A stretch of 64,000 nt of DNA from Malacoraja senta (GCA_038087875.1 CM075995.1:2668001-2732000), one strand, 5' to 3'; shown: positions 11,959-25,848, counted from the first letter of the stretch. Numbers and translations are program-made. The notes: generated from the letters alone by a model not told the origin.

Positions 11959-12820
11959 CGTGTGCGCGTCAGCAGCAAAGTTAAATACAAAGGGCTTGTA
12001 CGCGGTGGCAAGAGAGGTTTCCTTTGTTCTCGTCCGGGGCTTGAGAGAGATCGGAGAGAATGAACCATCGCACACCACTCCTGGAGGGCTTACAAGCTTT
12101 GACTGCAGGTGATATCCACGTCCATGCCTCAAGGGTAAGTTTTCTTTTAAAAATGCGTTTTATTTCCAATATCTTGACACCCTTTCGCTATGAAGTATAT
12201 GTTTTTAAACATCACAAAACGCGCCGCAGGGGGACAAAAGTTGAAGAAATGGCTCTCTTTCTATTTCTATGCTAAACGGGCGCCGATAAACTTTTCTTTC
12301 TTGGTTCATTTTTCTTATTGTTTCTCCACCAGACGTTGCTCAAAATAACTGTGTGTGGGGGTGGGCGGCCCGAGACCTTTTTTTGTTGTTGTTTTATATT
12401 TATGCACAGTAGGCGCGCAACAGGTAAGAAAGTGAGTGCGAACTGCCGCCTTTGTAGCTGCTGCTTACATTGTATTCTGAAGGCCCGACTCAGTCTTTGT
12501 TCTCACTTTGGGATCATCAACACTGAAAACAAGCGTCTTGTGGAAGAACCACGGAACGGGCAACCAATTCACCGCCAAGGCATCGACTGCCCGGGCTAGC
12601 ACCGAATTGGTCTTGAAAAGCAAATTGCAAGGTGATCATTTTTCCCGAGGTGATGTCGCGAAACAAAGATGAGATCGGCGAAAATCTCAGGTCTGGGCTT
12701 TTATCGCTGACCTGTGATAAGGGCTTAAAACCCCCCAAAAAACTAAGGGAGATATTGACATTTATGCTTCTGTTGCAGACTAAATGAAAACATATCGCCC
12801 GGGCGCAGCTTTTTTTTTAA
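11280..12820 (+). promoter_or_regulatory. CpG-island-like promoter region of an unidentified host gene
   Basis: TE-free, CpG-rich stretch with C-tracts, a GC-box-like GGGGCGCGG (11631), a (GA)n leader (11911-11956) and strong splice donors at 12135 and 12424. Confidence 0.65.
11900..12134 (+). other. Putative first exon (start approximate), probably 5' UTR
   Basis: Consensus donor AAGG|GTAAGT at 12134/12135 inside the CpG-rich region; ATG at 12124 gives only M-P-Q-G before the intron. Confidence 0.55.
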
Positions 12821-15317
12821 AGCAGAGAAATTCGGAAGAAAAACTGACAATGGGATCGAACTTGTGGAAACCACCCCCCACACTTGCGATCTTTAGGTTG
12901 TTTAACAGTGCAGTAGTTAGTTGCCATTGTTTCTGAAGGAGTGGAAATACAAACATCTCAGTATATCAATCTCCTCACCCCTCTGTTCAATAACCTCCGG
13001 ACCCCTCAACACTAATTTCCGATTTCTTCCAGAGGATTTGAAGAAGAAAAAAAGTTGGGTCTTCCAGCAATAGTTAACGCGCCAGATTGTTAATACATTT
13101 CCACTTCTCCTAAATATAGATTCTCTCCTCCAAAATAATGGGTTACAACCGACTGGATTATTATATAGGACGAATATAATTCCATTTTATTCGTATCCGC
13201 GGCGAAGGAGGAAGGGGGTTGGGGTAAGAATATCAACAGGAGACAAAAAAACAATTGTACGGGTATCTTCTCAGTACTGAACTGGGTTGAACAATCCGGT
13301 AACACGAATCGTCCAAGACCAACCCTAGGCATCCAAGTTCTTTGTTTAGTGCCGTGGTCAGTCTCACTACGTTAACTATTATCACTCTTTATGTTATTCC
13401 TTGTCTTAAACTCATTTCTTCGTAGTCTTTGTTCCCTGCCCCCCCACTCCTCCTCGCCGTGCGACTTCTTTGTGGATAAAGCGATCCGAATAGTTTTAAG
13501 GTACTCGCACTAGAAGAATATTTTGGCTTTTTCATATCGACTGCAACCCGAAGTTTGAACTCATCTTCTGAACCTTCTGAATTTGTAGTCGGCAGGGCGG
13601 TACACTGCATATCGTCTGGGACCATATATGTCTGAGAAACTCGTTCGCCAACATGTAAGAAAAAATACTTTTTTTGGAGATGCTTCACAAGGTGGGACGA
13701 GAATTCATACAGTGTATGGGTGCAACTTTTAACGGCCACATTCTGGGATCAGGGATCCCGCACTTGAGATGAAATCCAGCCTGCTATACGGAACATTACA
13801 AATCTGGCCAAACGTATCATTGTTTTACACGAGGTCTCGGGCGCGGTGTATAATGCCAGAGTACACAATAGATTATGGGGGCCACTGTATTGGTTGCAGA
13901 CAGATGGATTTTAGCGTGCGGCCGGAATTTACAGCCCATCTATAACCAGATATTAATGGGAACTGGGGTGAATCCTTCGTGATTGATTTTGTGGTTGAGA
14001 TTTTTAGCTTCTTCACTTTTGGTCGTGTTCTGCCACTCCCTGTTCTTTTGTTACCCAGGGAATCCTCGTGATAGCGGACTCTTGGTGTATGTATGGTACC
14101 GCGTCTATTCAGTCAATTCTTCGAGTGCCCCTTTTTCTACTTTTATTTTCCCTGTTGTTTCGCTCTGTTAACACTTATTTCCCCAGAATGTTTTTTGTTT
14201 AAATACAAATCTATCGTTTCCAACTAATCTTATCACAAAAAGTTTAAACTATAATAAAGAATATTCTTCGCAATGTGCGGTCCTGTTCTCTCATCTTCTT
14301 CATTGGAGACCATTGAACTATCTCAATCGGTCTTTATCGGACTTCAATGATATATTTTGCACTAAATGTTGCGCCCTGTATCCTTTATCTTTGCACTGTG
14401 CCCAAGTGTAGGAAGGAACTGCAGATAGATGCTGGTTTAAACCGAAGAAAGACACAAAAAGCTGGAGTGAACTCTGAAGAAGGGTCTCGACCCGAAACGT
14501 CACCTATTCCTCGCTTGTATTAATGTATAGTTTTTTCTTTGACTGGATAGCATGCAGACAAAAGCCTCACACTGTACCTCTGTACACGTGACAATGATAT
14601 ACTAAACTCAACTAAATATATATTTACAGTAGAAAAATAATAGGTGATGTTTCTGGTCGAGACTCGACCCAAAACTTCACCGATTCCTTTTCTCCAGAGG
14701 TGTTGCCCGACCCGCTGAGTTATTGCAGCATTTTGTGCCTATCTTCACTTTAAACCAGCATCTGCAGTTCCTCCTTACGTACTACATATATTTACTATTC
14801 GGATAAAGAGTATAAGCGTGCAAATGCCCGTTATTTGGGTATGGTGCATGTTTTCACGCACCGCAATTAAAGAGGACTTTAGTTAAAGAGGATTAATTGC
14901 AGTGCAATGTACACTATTCCAAATAGAACACAGAAAGTTCCATTGTGGTGGCACTTGCAATGATGTTCTTTACCAACTGCTTTGCAGCCAAGCAATCATC
15001 TTTCAGTGCAGTTTTGCTGCAGTTGGTATTTTAACCAGATTGCTTGACACTTCACAAGACTGCTTGAATCATCTTACCACTACCAGAGAGCAGTCCTGAA
15101 CTACTCTCTACCTCATTGGTGACCCTCGGACTATTCTTTATTGGACTTTGCTGGCTTTAACTTTAACTAAAGGTTATTCCCTTATCACGTATCTGTACAC
15201 TGTAAATGGCTGGATTGTAATCATGTATTGTCTTTCCGTTGACTGGATAGCAGGCAACAGAAGCCCTTCACTGTACCTCGGTACACGTGTCAATAAACTA
15301 AACTGTAAACTGTAAAC

Positions 15318-16141
15318 TAATGCAGTATAATGTGGATAAATGTGAGGTTATCCACTTTGGTGGCAAAAACAGGAAAGTAGACTATTATCTGAATGGTGGC
15401 CGATTAGGAAAAGGGGAGATGCAACGAGACCTGGTACACCAGTCATTGAAAGTAGGCATGTAGGTGCAGCAGGCAGTGAAGAAAGCGAATGGTATGTTAG
15501 CATTCATAGCAAAAGGATTTGAGTATAGGAGCAGGGAGGTTCTACTGCAGTTGTACAGGGTCTTGGTGAGACCACACCTGGAGTATTGCGTACAGTTTTG
15601 GTCTCCTTATCTGAGGAAAGACATTCTTGCCATAGAGGGAGTACAGAGAAGGTTCACCAGACTGATTCCTGGGATGGCAGGACTTTCATATGAAGAAAGA
15701 CTGGATAGACTCGGCTTGTACTCACTAGAATTTAGAAGATTGAGGGGGGATCTTATAGAAACTTACAAAATTCTTAAGGGCTTGGACAGGCTAGATGCAG
15801 GAAGATTGTTCCCGATGTTGGGGAAGTCCAGAACACGGGGTCACAGTTTAAGGATAAGGATAAGGGGGAAGTCTTTTAGGACCAAGATGAGAAAAACATT
15901 TTTCACACAGAGAGTGGTGAATCTCTGGAATTCTCTGCCACAGAAGGTAGTTGAGGCCAGTTCATTGGCTATATTTAAGAGGGAGTTAGATGTGGCCCTT
16001 GTGGCTAGAGGGATCAGGGGGTATGGAGAGAAAGCATGTAGAGGATACTGAGTTGGATGATCAGCCATGATCATATTGAATGGCGGTGCTGGCTCGAAGG
16101 GCCGAATGGCCTAATCCTGCACCTATTTTTTATGTTTCTAT
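15318..16141 (+). mobile_element. CR1-clade (HER1-like) LINE 3' fragment, low divergence
   Basis: ORF 15464-16051 (KKANGMLAFI..LVRPHLEYCVQFWSP..GLYSLEFRRLRGDLIETYKIL..RVVNLWNSLP), the typical CR1 ORF2 C-terminus, plus 3' UTR and tail. Confidence 0.95.
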
Positions 16142-16899
16142 AAAACAATCAACCAGAATATAAAACAATATCAATTTAAATGCTTTGCGACCACTGGGAC
16201 ACGATAGATTAGTGACCAAAGATTGTGAATTCAACTTGCACCTGTTGATTGGAGGTAAATTGTTTGATAACTGCAAGGGCAAGTGTGTTCCAGCATAACC
16301 TATGTCCTTTGTTTAGGAAGATAGACACAAAAAGCTGGAGTAACTCAGCGGGTTAGACAGCATCTCTGTAGAAAAGGAATAGGTGACGTTTCGACGGTTT
16401 TCTCCAGGGATGCTGCCTGTTACTCCAGCATTTTGTGTCTATCTTCGGTTTAAACCAGCATCTGCAGTTCCTTCCTACACATTTCCTTTGTTCAGGAATA
16501 CTTATTGTTGCACGATCAAAATATATGTTCATCTCCATCCATCTGGATGTAAGAAAGCCAAACTTGAGCTCGTGCGAGTGTTTTATTTTGCTCTGTTTTC
16601 ATTATTCTGTTCTTTCTTCATTGTTTTTTTTCATTGGTCATTGCTTCTAATCACAGTTTAATTAAACCTGTCACACCGCTGAAGGAATCTTAATTTGCTA
16701 CCTATCATAAACATAGTATACTACCCTGTAAATGGATCGATTGTAATCATGTATTGTCTTTCTGCTGACTGGATAGCATGCAACATAAGCTTTGTACCTC
16801 AGTACATGTGACATTAAACTGAACTGATGTTTATGCTCAGAGATGTTAGGGATGCAATAGCACAGATACCTCTGACGATTCAATGGTGTATTTAAGGAT

Positions 16900-17236
16900 T
16901 TAAGGGTAGAGTGAATGTGGAGAGGATGTTTCTACTAGTGAGAGAGTCTAGGACGAGAAGTCACAGCCTCAGAATAAAAGGACATACCTTCAGAAAGGTG
17001 ATGAGGAGGAATTTCTTTAGTCAGATGTTGGTGAATCTGTGGAATTCAATGCCACAGACGGCTGTGGTGACCAAATCAATATTTTTAAGGTGGAAATTGA
17101 CAGATTCTTTATTAGTACGGCTGTTAGGGGTTATGGGGAGAAGACAGAAGAATGTGTTTGAGAGGGAAAGATAGATCAGCCATGAATGAACTTTCGATGG
17201 GCTGAATGGCCTAATTCTGCTCCTGGAACTTATGAA
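16900..17236 (+). mobile_element. CR1 LINE 3' fragment
   Basis: ORF 16911-17174 (ESRTRSHSLRIKG..VNLWNSMP) and 3' UTR. Confidence 0.85.
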
Positions 17237-17469
17237 ATCACAGAGAATTCATGACGACATATAAATTCCTCCGTTGGGTAGGGGTGAGTTTGTTTTTTGT
17301 TTCTTTGGATGTTGAAAGAATTTCTAATACAATGTGAAACAGTGAACAGAATATTCCTCAAATTAATACCAATATTTATGACTATCTGTTTTACAAATGT
17401 AAATCAACTCTATTTACAAATGGCAGAACAAAGTGAGATAAGGTCTATTCAGACAATAGGCAATAGACA

Positions 17470-17860
17470 ATAGGTGCAGGAGTAGGCCATTCGGCCCTTC
17501 GAGCCAGCACCGCCATTCAATGTGATCATGGCTGATCATCCACAATCAGTACCCCGTTCCTGCCTTCTCCCCATATCCCCTGACTCCGCTATCTTTGAGA
17601 GCCCTATCTAGCTCTCTCTTGAAAGTATCCAGAGAACCGGCCTCCATCGCCTTCTGAGGCAGAGAATTCCACAGGCTCACAACTCTCTGTGTAAAGTGTT
17701 TCCTCATCTCCGTTCTAAATGGCTTACCCCTTGTTCTTAAACTGTGGCCCCTGGTTCTGGACTCCCCCAACATCGGGACATGTTTCCTGCCTCTAGCGTG
17801 TCCAAACCCTTAATAATCTTATATGTTTCAATAATATGTCTCATCCTTCTAAATTCCAGA
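17470..17860 (-). mobile_element. CR1 LINE 3' fragment
   Basis: ORF 17546-17773 (GESRTRGHSL..RVVSLWNSLPQ). Confidence 0.85.
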
Positions 17861-18284
17861 GTATCCAAATTTCTGACGAGGATCCACCACTCTGACCAAA
17901 TAAAAGTCATTACCAAATTTAAAAAAAAGTTTTTGTGGTACTTTCGTATGAAAGAAAACTTTTGAAAGTTTTACAGCCTGGATAAAGCTGTTGGAGAAAA
18001 TATCACTGAGATGAATTGTAGTTGGATATAAGACGTATTTTACTCACTGGTCAGTAGTAGGCTCACACCCAACATAAGAATGTTAAATTGTTCATTTTTC
18101 AGCAGGTACACATGAAGATGGTCTTTGACCTGACTTATTTCAGCCACTGAAATCAAAATCCACCACTCCGTCTCTTTCTTACCCATCGCTAGACTTTACC
18201 CTGAATGTTCACAACTAAGTGTAACAAATTATTTTCCTTAAGGAATTCCTTAATTGCTTCTGGAATTCCGTGTAAAGTATACCC

Positions 18285-18584
18285 TTTAGTTTAGTTTAGT
18301 TTCGAGCTACAGAGTGGAAACAGGCCCTTTGGTCACCGAGTCCGCACCGACCAGTGATCCCCGCACACTTACACTATCCTACACAAAATTTACAATTTTA
18401 ACCAAGCCAAGTACCCTACAAACCTGTACGTCTTTGGAGTGTGGGACGAAACCAAAGATCTCAGGGGAAACCCACGCGGTCACGGGGAGAACGTACAAAC
18501 TGTGTACAGACAGCACCCGTAGTTGGGATCGAACCCGGGTCTCTGGCGCTGTAATGCAGCAACTCTACCGCTACGCCACCGTGC
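18285..18584 (-). mobile_element. tRNA-derived SINE (HE1/V-SINE type)
   Basis: Minus strand: A box GGTGGCGTAGCGG, B box GGTTCGATCC, central GTACGTTCTCCCCGTGACC domain, CR1-like tail GGGCCTGTTTCC, (CTAAA)n end. Confidence 0.9.
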
Positions 18585-19821
18585 TCATTAAAAAAACCCT
18601 AGAGTTTCTACTGCCAAAGTCAATTTTATTCGCCAATTGCACCCGAAGATGCTGTGAAATGAATTTGCCAGCAGCGATACACTTAAAAAAAGAACACACA
18701 ATACACAATAGAATTTAACACAAACATCCACCACAGCATTCTTCACTGTGGTGGAAGGCAACAAAGTTCAGTCAGTTCTACTCCTTTGCCTGTCTGACTT
18801 TAACTGCATTCTGAACATATTATTTGTATTTACAAGGTATTATAATGCAGGTAATCCTTATTCCCTGATGTTAGTTGTTAATAGTTCCACAGGATGCATG
18901 GGATCCTTAATTTTCATGAAGATGATGAACTGCGGTGGGATAAATGTCAACTAACTAAGACTGATATTGGAGATTCTGAAAATCTGAAGGTTGGAAATAT
19001 TCAACAGATCAGGCAGCAGATTTGGAGAAAGAAGCAGAGTTTGCCTTTCAAATCATTGGCCTTTAATTATAAAATTAGTTTTGCATTAAGATAGTGGTTC
19101 AATAGTTTATTGATGGTTTTATTGTCTCATGCGAAGTGCAAACACACAGTGAAATTATTTTCTTACAAACAGTCCAGTAGAGTGTTGCCATCCCCAAGCA
19201 CATCCCCGATTAGCAAGTGTACAGAAATAGACCACTGATCCCGTGCGTAAGAGGCGCCATGTTTTGGCGCCATTTTCAAAGTGCAGTCCAAGCTCTAGCT
19301 GTTATAATTTAGAATGAATGAATGAATGAATACTTTATTGTCACATGTGGCAAGTCACAGTGAAATTCTTTGCTTGCGTACCCACGGTATGCAAATAGTC
19401 GCCACATAAAGGATGCAGACAAAGTTACAAAGTATCGAAGTATCCCGAGCCAGATCCACCTTTGTTTATACCCCATTCGCCACCCCTACGCTGGGTCCTT
19501 TGTTTTCCCCCCTCTCCGTCCCTCAAGGCAGTCACTCCAGATCCACCTTTGTTTTCTCTCCACCCCCTCATAGCAGTCCCCCACGCTGGGTCCTGAAGAA
19601 GGGTCTGAAGAAGGGTTTCGGCCCGAAACGTTGCCTATTTCCTTCGCTCCATAGATGCTGCTGCACCCGCTGAGTTTCTCCAGCATTTTTGTGTACCTTC
19701 GATTTTCCAGCATCTGCAGTTCCTTCTTTAACACTGGGTCCTCCTTTGTTCATCTTCCCCCCCCCCCCCACCCCCTCACGGCGGTTCCCCTATGCCGGGT
19801 CCTCCTTTGTTTAAGAATATT

Positions 19822-20505
19822 AATCAATCAATCAGCCTTTATTGTCATCTTGCAAAGCTACAGTTGTACAGTGCAAAATGAGAAGACGTTTCCCAGGGAA
19901 TACCAGAGCATCGCACATAAAACTTAAACATTTCACACATAAATAAAAACAATAAAAGCAATCCAAAACAATCCAGTCCCTGATAAAAACAATACGAATA
20001 GTTTAAAAAGTGCAGGTAAAAACAGCAACATTAAAATACAAGTAAAAACAGTCACAAATTGTCCAGGGCAGCTGATTTAAGTGGCCAGTGCCAGAGTTTG
20101 TCATTAAATTGTCAGTGCAAAAAAGCAGCAGAATCAGGTGGAGTGACTGTTTAGCAGCCTCACAGCCTGTGGAAGGAAGCTGTTCAGCAGTCTGGTTGTC
20201 CGGGCTTTGATGCTGATGGCAGGAGATCCAGATGTGTGTGGAGGGGGTGCAGTGTGTCCTTTGCTGTGCTCAGTGCTTTCTTCAGGCAGCGGCTCTGGAA
20301 CAGTTCTTGTACCGAGGGTAGGGAGACACCAATGATCCTCTCTGCTCCCCTCTGCAGAGCCTTCCTGTCTGAGCAGTTGCAGTTGGAGTACCACATGTTA
20401 ATGCAGTACGTGAGTACAGACTCCACCGTGCCCCTGTAAAAAGTCCTGAGGATGTTGGTGGGGAGTGAGGCCTGTTTGAGTTTCCTCAGGTAGTGCAGTC
20501 GCTGA
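19822..20505 (-). mobile_element. Rex1/Babar-type LINE 3' fragment
   Basis: ORFs 20184-20426 and 20134-20394 (ESVLTYCI..WY..DRKALQR; RTTRLLNSFLPQAVRLLN); (ATTG)n-type tail. Confidence 0.8.
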
Positions 20506-21486
20506 TATGTATTTTAACTCACTCACAAATATTTTCTTCTGCTAGGGGGGAGACACCGCAGGAGGTTTCATATCCACTCCCGTGAACGTAATGTGGACGA
20601 ATAGCCAATCTGGATTCTTACAATTTCAGACAGCCATGTATCAATGGATTCACATGTTTGCTTTTGCAAACTCACCAGACGACGGAAGAATGTCCACAAT
20701 ATATTTCTTTGGGTTTACTTTACCTTCTAACTATTTATACATGAAGAGCAATGGCTACAAGATGAGCTGACCAAAAATGGAATCGAATTGAACTTTGCTC
20801 CATGGCTTCATTGTCAATTATTTGTTGCAAGTTGAATTTGGGATTCTTCTAATTTGAAAAATGGGAACTATTGGCTGTCAAGACGATAACCTTATAATGA
20901 GTTGGATTCAACGTAAATATCAGGTATGTCCCTTATCTTTTGCTGAATGCTTATCTGTGTCTTCATACTCAAATGATGAAAATCCATTTTAATATTTCTT
21001 TCATGGAAACGTTTCCAAATTTGCTGATCGTGAATAATAGTGTAAAACAAATTTTGTAAATATTTTAGATATGCATTGATAAAACAGATAAACAGTTGTA
21101 AAGTTTCATTTCGCCTTCAGGAATTAATGTTCTTCCGTGCTAAAAATCCTCTAACTTTTTTATTTTATTTATTCTTCCTTTTTTTTGATTTCCTACTTTG
21201 CTGCTGACTAAATAGTTTTAGTGATATCACATCTTAATGTCCTCATTACGTGAACCTGAAAACTAACTTTTAATGAACTAATACTTGGAGAATAATCATT
21301 GAGGTTGGAAGTTAATGTGAATTTCACCACATTGGGCAAACTGATTTGGTGGACTACACAGAATGATGGTGTAATGTGTCTCATATTCAAGAGAAAGTTG
21401 AAAAATATCAATCATTACAATGGAGAACGTCCAATGTTACTAATGCAGTTAAGTTAGAATAATTGCAAAGGCAAGAAGACAAAAAA

Positions 21487-21806
21487 TGGCATAGCAATAG
21501 AACTACTGCCTTAAAGCGCCAGAGACCTGGGATTGATCCTGACCAAGGGTGCTATCTGGATGGAGTTTGAACATTTTCCCCATGACCTGTTTGGGTTTTC
21601 TCCGAGATCCTCGGTTTCCTCCCACACTCCAACGTCGTACAAGATTGTAGGTCAATTGGCCTGGTATAAATGTAAAATTGTCCCTGGTGTGTGTGCGGTA
21701 GTGTTAATGTGTGGGGATCGCTGGTTGACATGGACTTGATGGGCCGAAGGGACTGTTTCCACGCTGTATCTCTAAGCTAAACTAAACTAAACTAAACTAA
21801 ACTAAA
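21487..21806 (+). mobile_element. tRNA-derived SINE (HE1/V-SINE type) with (CTAAA)n tail
   Basis: Same layout as 18285-18584, more diverged. Confidence 0.85.
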
Positions 21807-21830
21807 TGAACAAAAACTTATTTAGCATTT

Positions 21831-22023
21831 GTGTAGGACGGAACTGCAGATGCTGGTTTACACCGAAGATAGACACAAAACGCTGGAGTAACTCAACGGG
21901 ACAGGCAGCAGGTCTGGAGAGAAGGAATTCTGAAGAAGGGTCACGACCCGAAACGTCACCCATTCCCTCTCTCCAGATATGCTGCCCGTTCCACTGAGTT
22001 ACTCCAGCTTTTTGTAGCTCTCT
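21831..22023. mobile_element. Fold-back Penelope pLTR insertion with 14-bp TSD
   Basis: Inverted pLTR halves around a hammerhead motif (about 21929-21960); CTTATTTAGCATTT duplicated at 21817-21830 and 22024-22037. Confidence 0.85.
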
Positions 22024-22359
22024 CTTATTTAGCATTTACCATGTTGGCCGCTGATCAGTGCCTCTTTGCTTGTCCATTTCTATTCTTTTACCTGCTCAGT
22101 CACAATCAGGGAAATTGGCAATATGCAGTCATTTCTGTTGTGCTATCTTAAGAGTTACGCTTTGTCAAACAAGTATATGTGACATGAAATTTATTTGCAT
22201 TTAATCATTTAAATTGGTGCGTTTGTAGATAGCAAAGATGATTGTCAAAAAGTACAGAAGGATTTTGATCAGTTGGGCAAGTGGGCTGAAGAATTGTTAA
22301 TGGAGTTTAATGCAGATAAGTGCGAGGTGTTGCATTTTAGGAAGTCAAACAAGGCACAA

Positions 22360-22930
22360 GTTCACATGTTCACACGTTATAGGAGTAGAATTTGGCCACA
22401 GTCCACTCCGCTATTCAATCATGGCTGATCTCTGCCACCTAATCCTTTTTTCCTGCCTTCACCCCATAACCCTTGACATCCGCTCTAATCAAGAATCAGT
22501 CTATCTCTGCCTTAAAAATATCCACTGACTTGGCCTCCACAGCCCTCTTGGCAATGACTTCAACAGATTAACTACCCTCTGACTAAAAAAGTTCCTCTTC
22601 ACCTCCTTTCTAAAAGAGCGCGCTTTAATTCGGGTCCTAGACCCACCAGTGGAAACATCCTTTCCACATCCACTCTATTCATGCCTTTCATTATTCTGTA
22701 AGTTTCAATGAGGTCCCCACCTCAACCTTCTAAACTCCAGCGAGAGGAGACCCAGTGCTGGCAAATGGTCATCATATGCTAACCCACTCATTCCTGGAAT
22801 CATTCATGTAAACATCCTCTGGACCCTCTCCAGAGCCAGCACATCCTTCCTCAGATATGGGGCCCAGATTTGTTCACAGTGCTCCAAATGCAGCCTGACC
22901 AGCGCCTTATAGAGCCTCAGCATTACATCT
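22360..22930 (-). mobile_element. CR1 LINE 3' fragment nested in an older + strand CR1 fragment
   Basis: Minus strand reads LYKALVRLHLEHCEQIWAP-type motifs and a CR1 3' UTR; flanks (about 22210-22355 and 22950-23050) are + strand CR1 RT pieces. Confidence 0.75.
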
Positions 22931-23112
22931 CTGTAACGGCATGATTTTAACAGTTAAGGGCAGGGTCATGGGGAGTGTTGTAGAGCAGTGGGATCTAGGA
23001 GTGCAGATACATCATTCCTTGAAAGTGGAGTCACGGGTAGATAGGGTGGTCATGATTTAATTCGTGATCGGAGCAGAATTAGGCCCATAAAAAAACCCAG
23101 TGCTGGTGAAAT

Positions 23113-23409
23113 TTGGTTTAGTTTAGTTTAGAGATACAGCATGGAAACAGGCCCCCGGCCCACCGAGACTGAGCCGACCAGCGATCCCCGTACACTCGCA
23201 CTATTCTACACATTCGGGGGACAATTTACAATCTTTACCGAGACCAACTAATCTACAAACCTACAAAGCCGTATGCCTTTGGAGTGTGGGAGGAAATCGG
23301 AGATCACGGAGAAAACCCACGCGCTCACGGGAAGAGCATACAAACCCATAGTCGGGGTCTCTGGCGTCGTAAACGCTGTAAGGCAGCAACTCTACCGCTG
23401 CGCCACCGT
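23113..23409 (-). mobile_element. tRNA-derived SINE (HE1/V-SINE type)
   Basis: A box, central domain and (CTAAA)n tail as in the other copies. Confidence 0.85.
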
Positions 23410-25163
23410 TCCTCCCTAAAGGGCAAGGAGTCACAGGTGCTGCATGCCTGCAAAGGGTAACAAATGCCACCACTTTGTTTCTTTTGTTGTAACCAGCCTC
23501 TGCAGTTCCTTGTGTCTACAATTACAGCAGTTTGTCCTTTCGTTCTAACATGGAGAACTATGACTAAGTGTAATTAGTAGAAAAGAATGGCAATACACCA
23601 GAGGGATCTTCTTCACCCAGGAACTGGATAGGACAGGTTTAGAGGGATATGGGCCAAACGCAGGCAGGTGGGTCTAGTGTAGATGGGACATCTTGGTCAG
23701 CATGGGCAAGTTCGGCCTAAGGGCCTGTTTCCATGCTGGATGACTCTATGACTCTATATGACATCTTGGATGTATGCAGTGCAGGCCACTGGTGAGACAG
23801 CTTCTGCACTGCTGAATGCAACAATGGGCAACAGGGGTTTTGGGGAGAAGGCAGGAGAATGGGGTTAGGAGGGAGAGATAGATCAGCCATGATTGAATGG
23901 CGAAGTAGAGGATGGGCCGAATGGCCTAATTCTGTTCCTATCACATGACCTTATGATCCTATAACATGGGTCATACTGGCTGTATGTATAATCAGGTAAA
24001 CTTAGACACAAAAAGCTGGAGTAATTCAGTGGGACAGGCAGCGTCTCTGGAGAGAAGGAATGGGTGATATATAATCAGGCAATTGTGTTCAAATTCATCA
24101 CATCGCTTGCACCTGAATTGGCCCATTGTTGGGTGAAGAAAACACAGCGCTGGTGGAATTTAGTTTGCCCACCAAATCCAAGCCGACCACCAATCCCCGT
24201 ACACCAGGACTATCCTGCACACTCGGGACAATTTACAACCTTTAACAAAGCCAATTAGCCTACAAACCTGCACGTCGTTGGAGCGTGGGAGGAAAGCGGA
24301 GCATTCGGGGAACACCCACGTGGTCACGGGGAGCCTGACCCAACTGTGTCTATGGACTCTGTGTCTATGGACAGACCCATCTGTGGGACGAAGGAGCAGA
24401 AGGGGGGGATTGTTGGTGGAGAGAGGGGAGGGGAAGGGTTGGAGTAAGAGCTAGAAAGTGATAGATGGACTCGGGTGAGGAGGCGAGTCAGGTGGGAGAG
24501 ACAGGGGTGGAGATAGTAACTGAGGCTGTAGGTGATAAGTGGAGAAGACAAAATGAATTTGATAAGGAAGGAAGGTGGGGAGTGAAATGTGGAGCCAGAG
24601 GGAGGGGCAGTGGGAGGAGGACAAATTGTCATTCGGAGAAGGGAGGGTTTCCCCATTGTTCAAGCAAGGAGGGTGGGGAAGTAGAATTCCCAACCACACA
24701 TTTTCAGATGCAGTTCTCATAGTCACATACAGTTTGGAAACAGGCCCTTCGGCCCAACTTGCCCACACCTGCCAACATGTCCCAGCTACACTAATCCCAC
24801 GTTTGTCCCATATCCCTCCATCATGTCCTATCCCTGTACCTGTCTAACTGTGTCTTAAATGTTGCGCTAGTCCCTGCCTCAACTACCTCCTCTGGCAGCT
24901 CGTTCTATAGAGTTACAGTTCTCAAATGCTCTGACACTTTGTAACTTTGTCGGTATCCTATACAAGACGACTCTTTACAAGTGGGCCGAAGGGCCTGTAT
25001 CCACGCTGTATCTCTAAAAGAAACTAAACTAAACTGAACCTCCTCTGGCTGGTTGTTCCTGTGAAATTCTTTGTTTTGCATTCTATAAACAAAGTATGCA
25101 AAGAGTCGCCATGTACAGAACGACAATATAGTTACAAAGTGTCAGGGCATTTGAGAACTGTAA

Positions 25164-25593
25164 AGGCTCTGTCTTACGGTGTTGCGGTCATCGGCGGTGA
25201 AGCGCGGCTTCGCCTGTAGAGTGGACCGCACGGCAACGGCGAGAGCGCCGAGCCTATGCCACGGGAGCGCCGCACGGATGCTGCGCGGGGGCCGAGTGAT
25301 TTTAAACACGTGACTCACTGGCGGAGGCTGTGACGGTGCAAGTTCGACGCACGGCGCTCGAGCCACACTGGCGGCGGCCGTGCGGGCGGCCGTGCCGCAC
25401 TCGTGCATCACTGGTGGAGGCTGTGCGGTAGGAAAATATTTTTGAACAGTGTAGGTTTTATTTTAGCACCGTGCGGTGTTGGGAACAACGCCGCACGGCC
25501 CCTGGAATTGTGTGTTCTCACGAGTGCGCGGTCTATGGCGGCAGATTCTTCCCGTTTCGCCGCCAATGACCGCAGACTCGTGAGACAGGCCTT
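25164..25593. mobile_element. PIF/Harbinger-type MITE, family A
   Basis: Imperfect ~40-bp TIRs (AGGCTCTGTCTTACG..GCGGTCATCGGCGG / CCGCCAATGACCGC..GTGAGACAGGCCTT); TAA at 25161-25163 and 25594-25596; homologous to 48817-49420 and 60269-60878. Confidence 0.85.
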
Positions 25594-25848
25594 TAACTCT
25601 GACTCCATCGAAACATAGAAACATAGAAATAGGTGCAGGAGTAGGCCATTCGGCCCTTCGAGCCAGCATTGCCATTCAATATGATCATGGCTGATCATCC
25701 AAAATCAGTACCCCGTTCCTGCTTTCTCCCCATATCCCTTGAGTCCGTTAGCCCCAAGAGCTATATCTAACTCTCTCTTGAAAACATCCAGTGAACTGGC
25801 CTCCACTGCCTTCGGTGACAGAGAGTTTCACAGGAACAAGGTGCCTGT

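Noticed and set aside
13389..13739. 116-aa minus-strand ORF near the promoter
   Set aside because: Non-ATG start and no recognisable motif.
20546..20923. Possible extra exon (TTTTCTTCTGCTAG acceptor, CAG|GTATGT donor)
   Set aside because: No frame I traced stays open to the donor, it is long for an internal exon, and there is no independent support.
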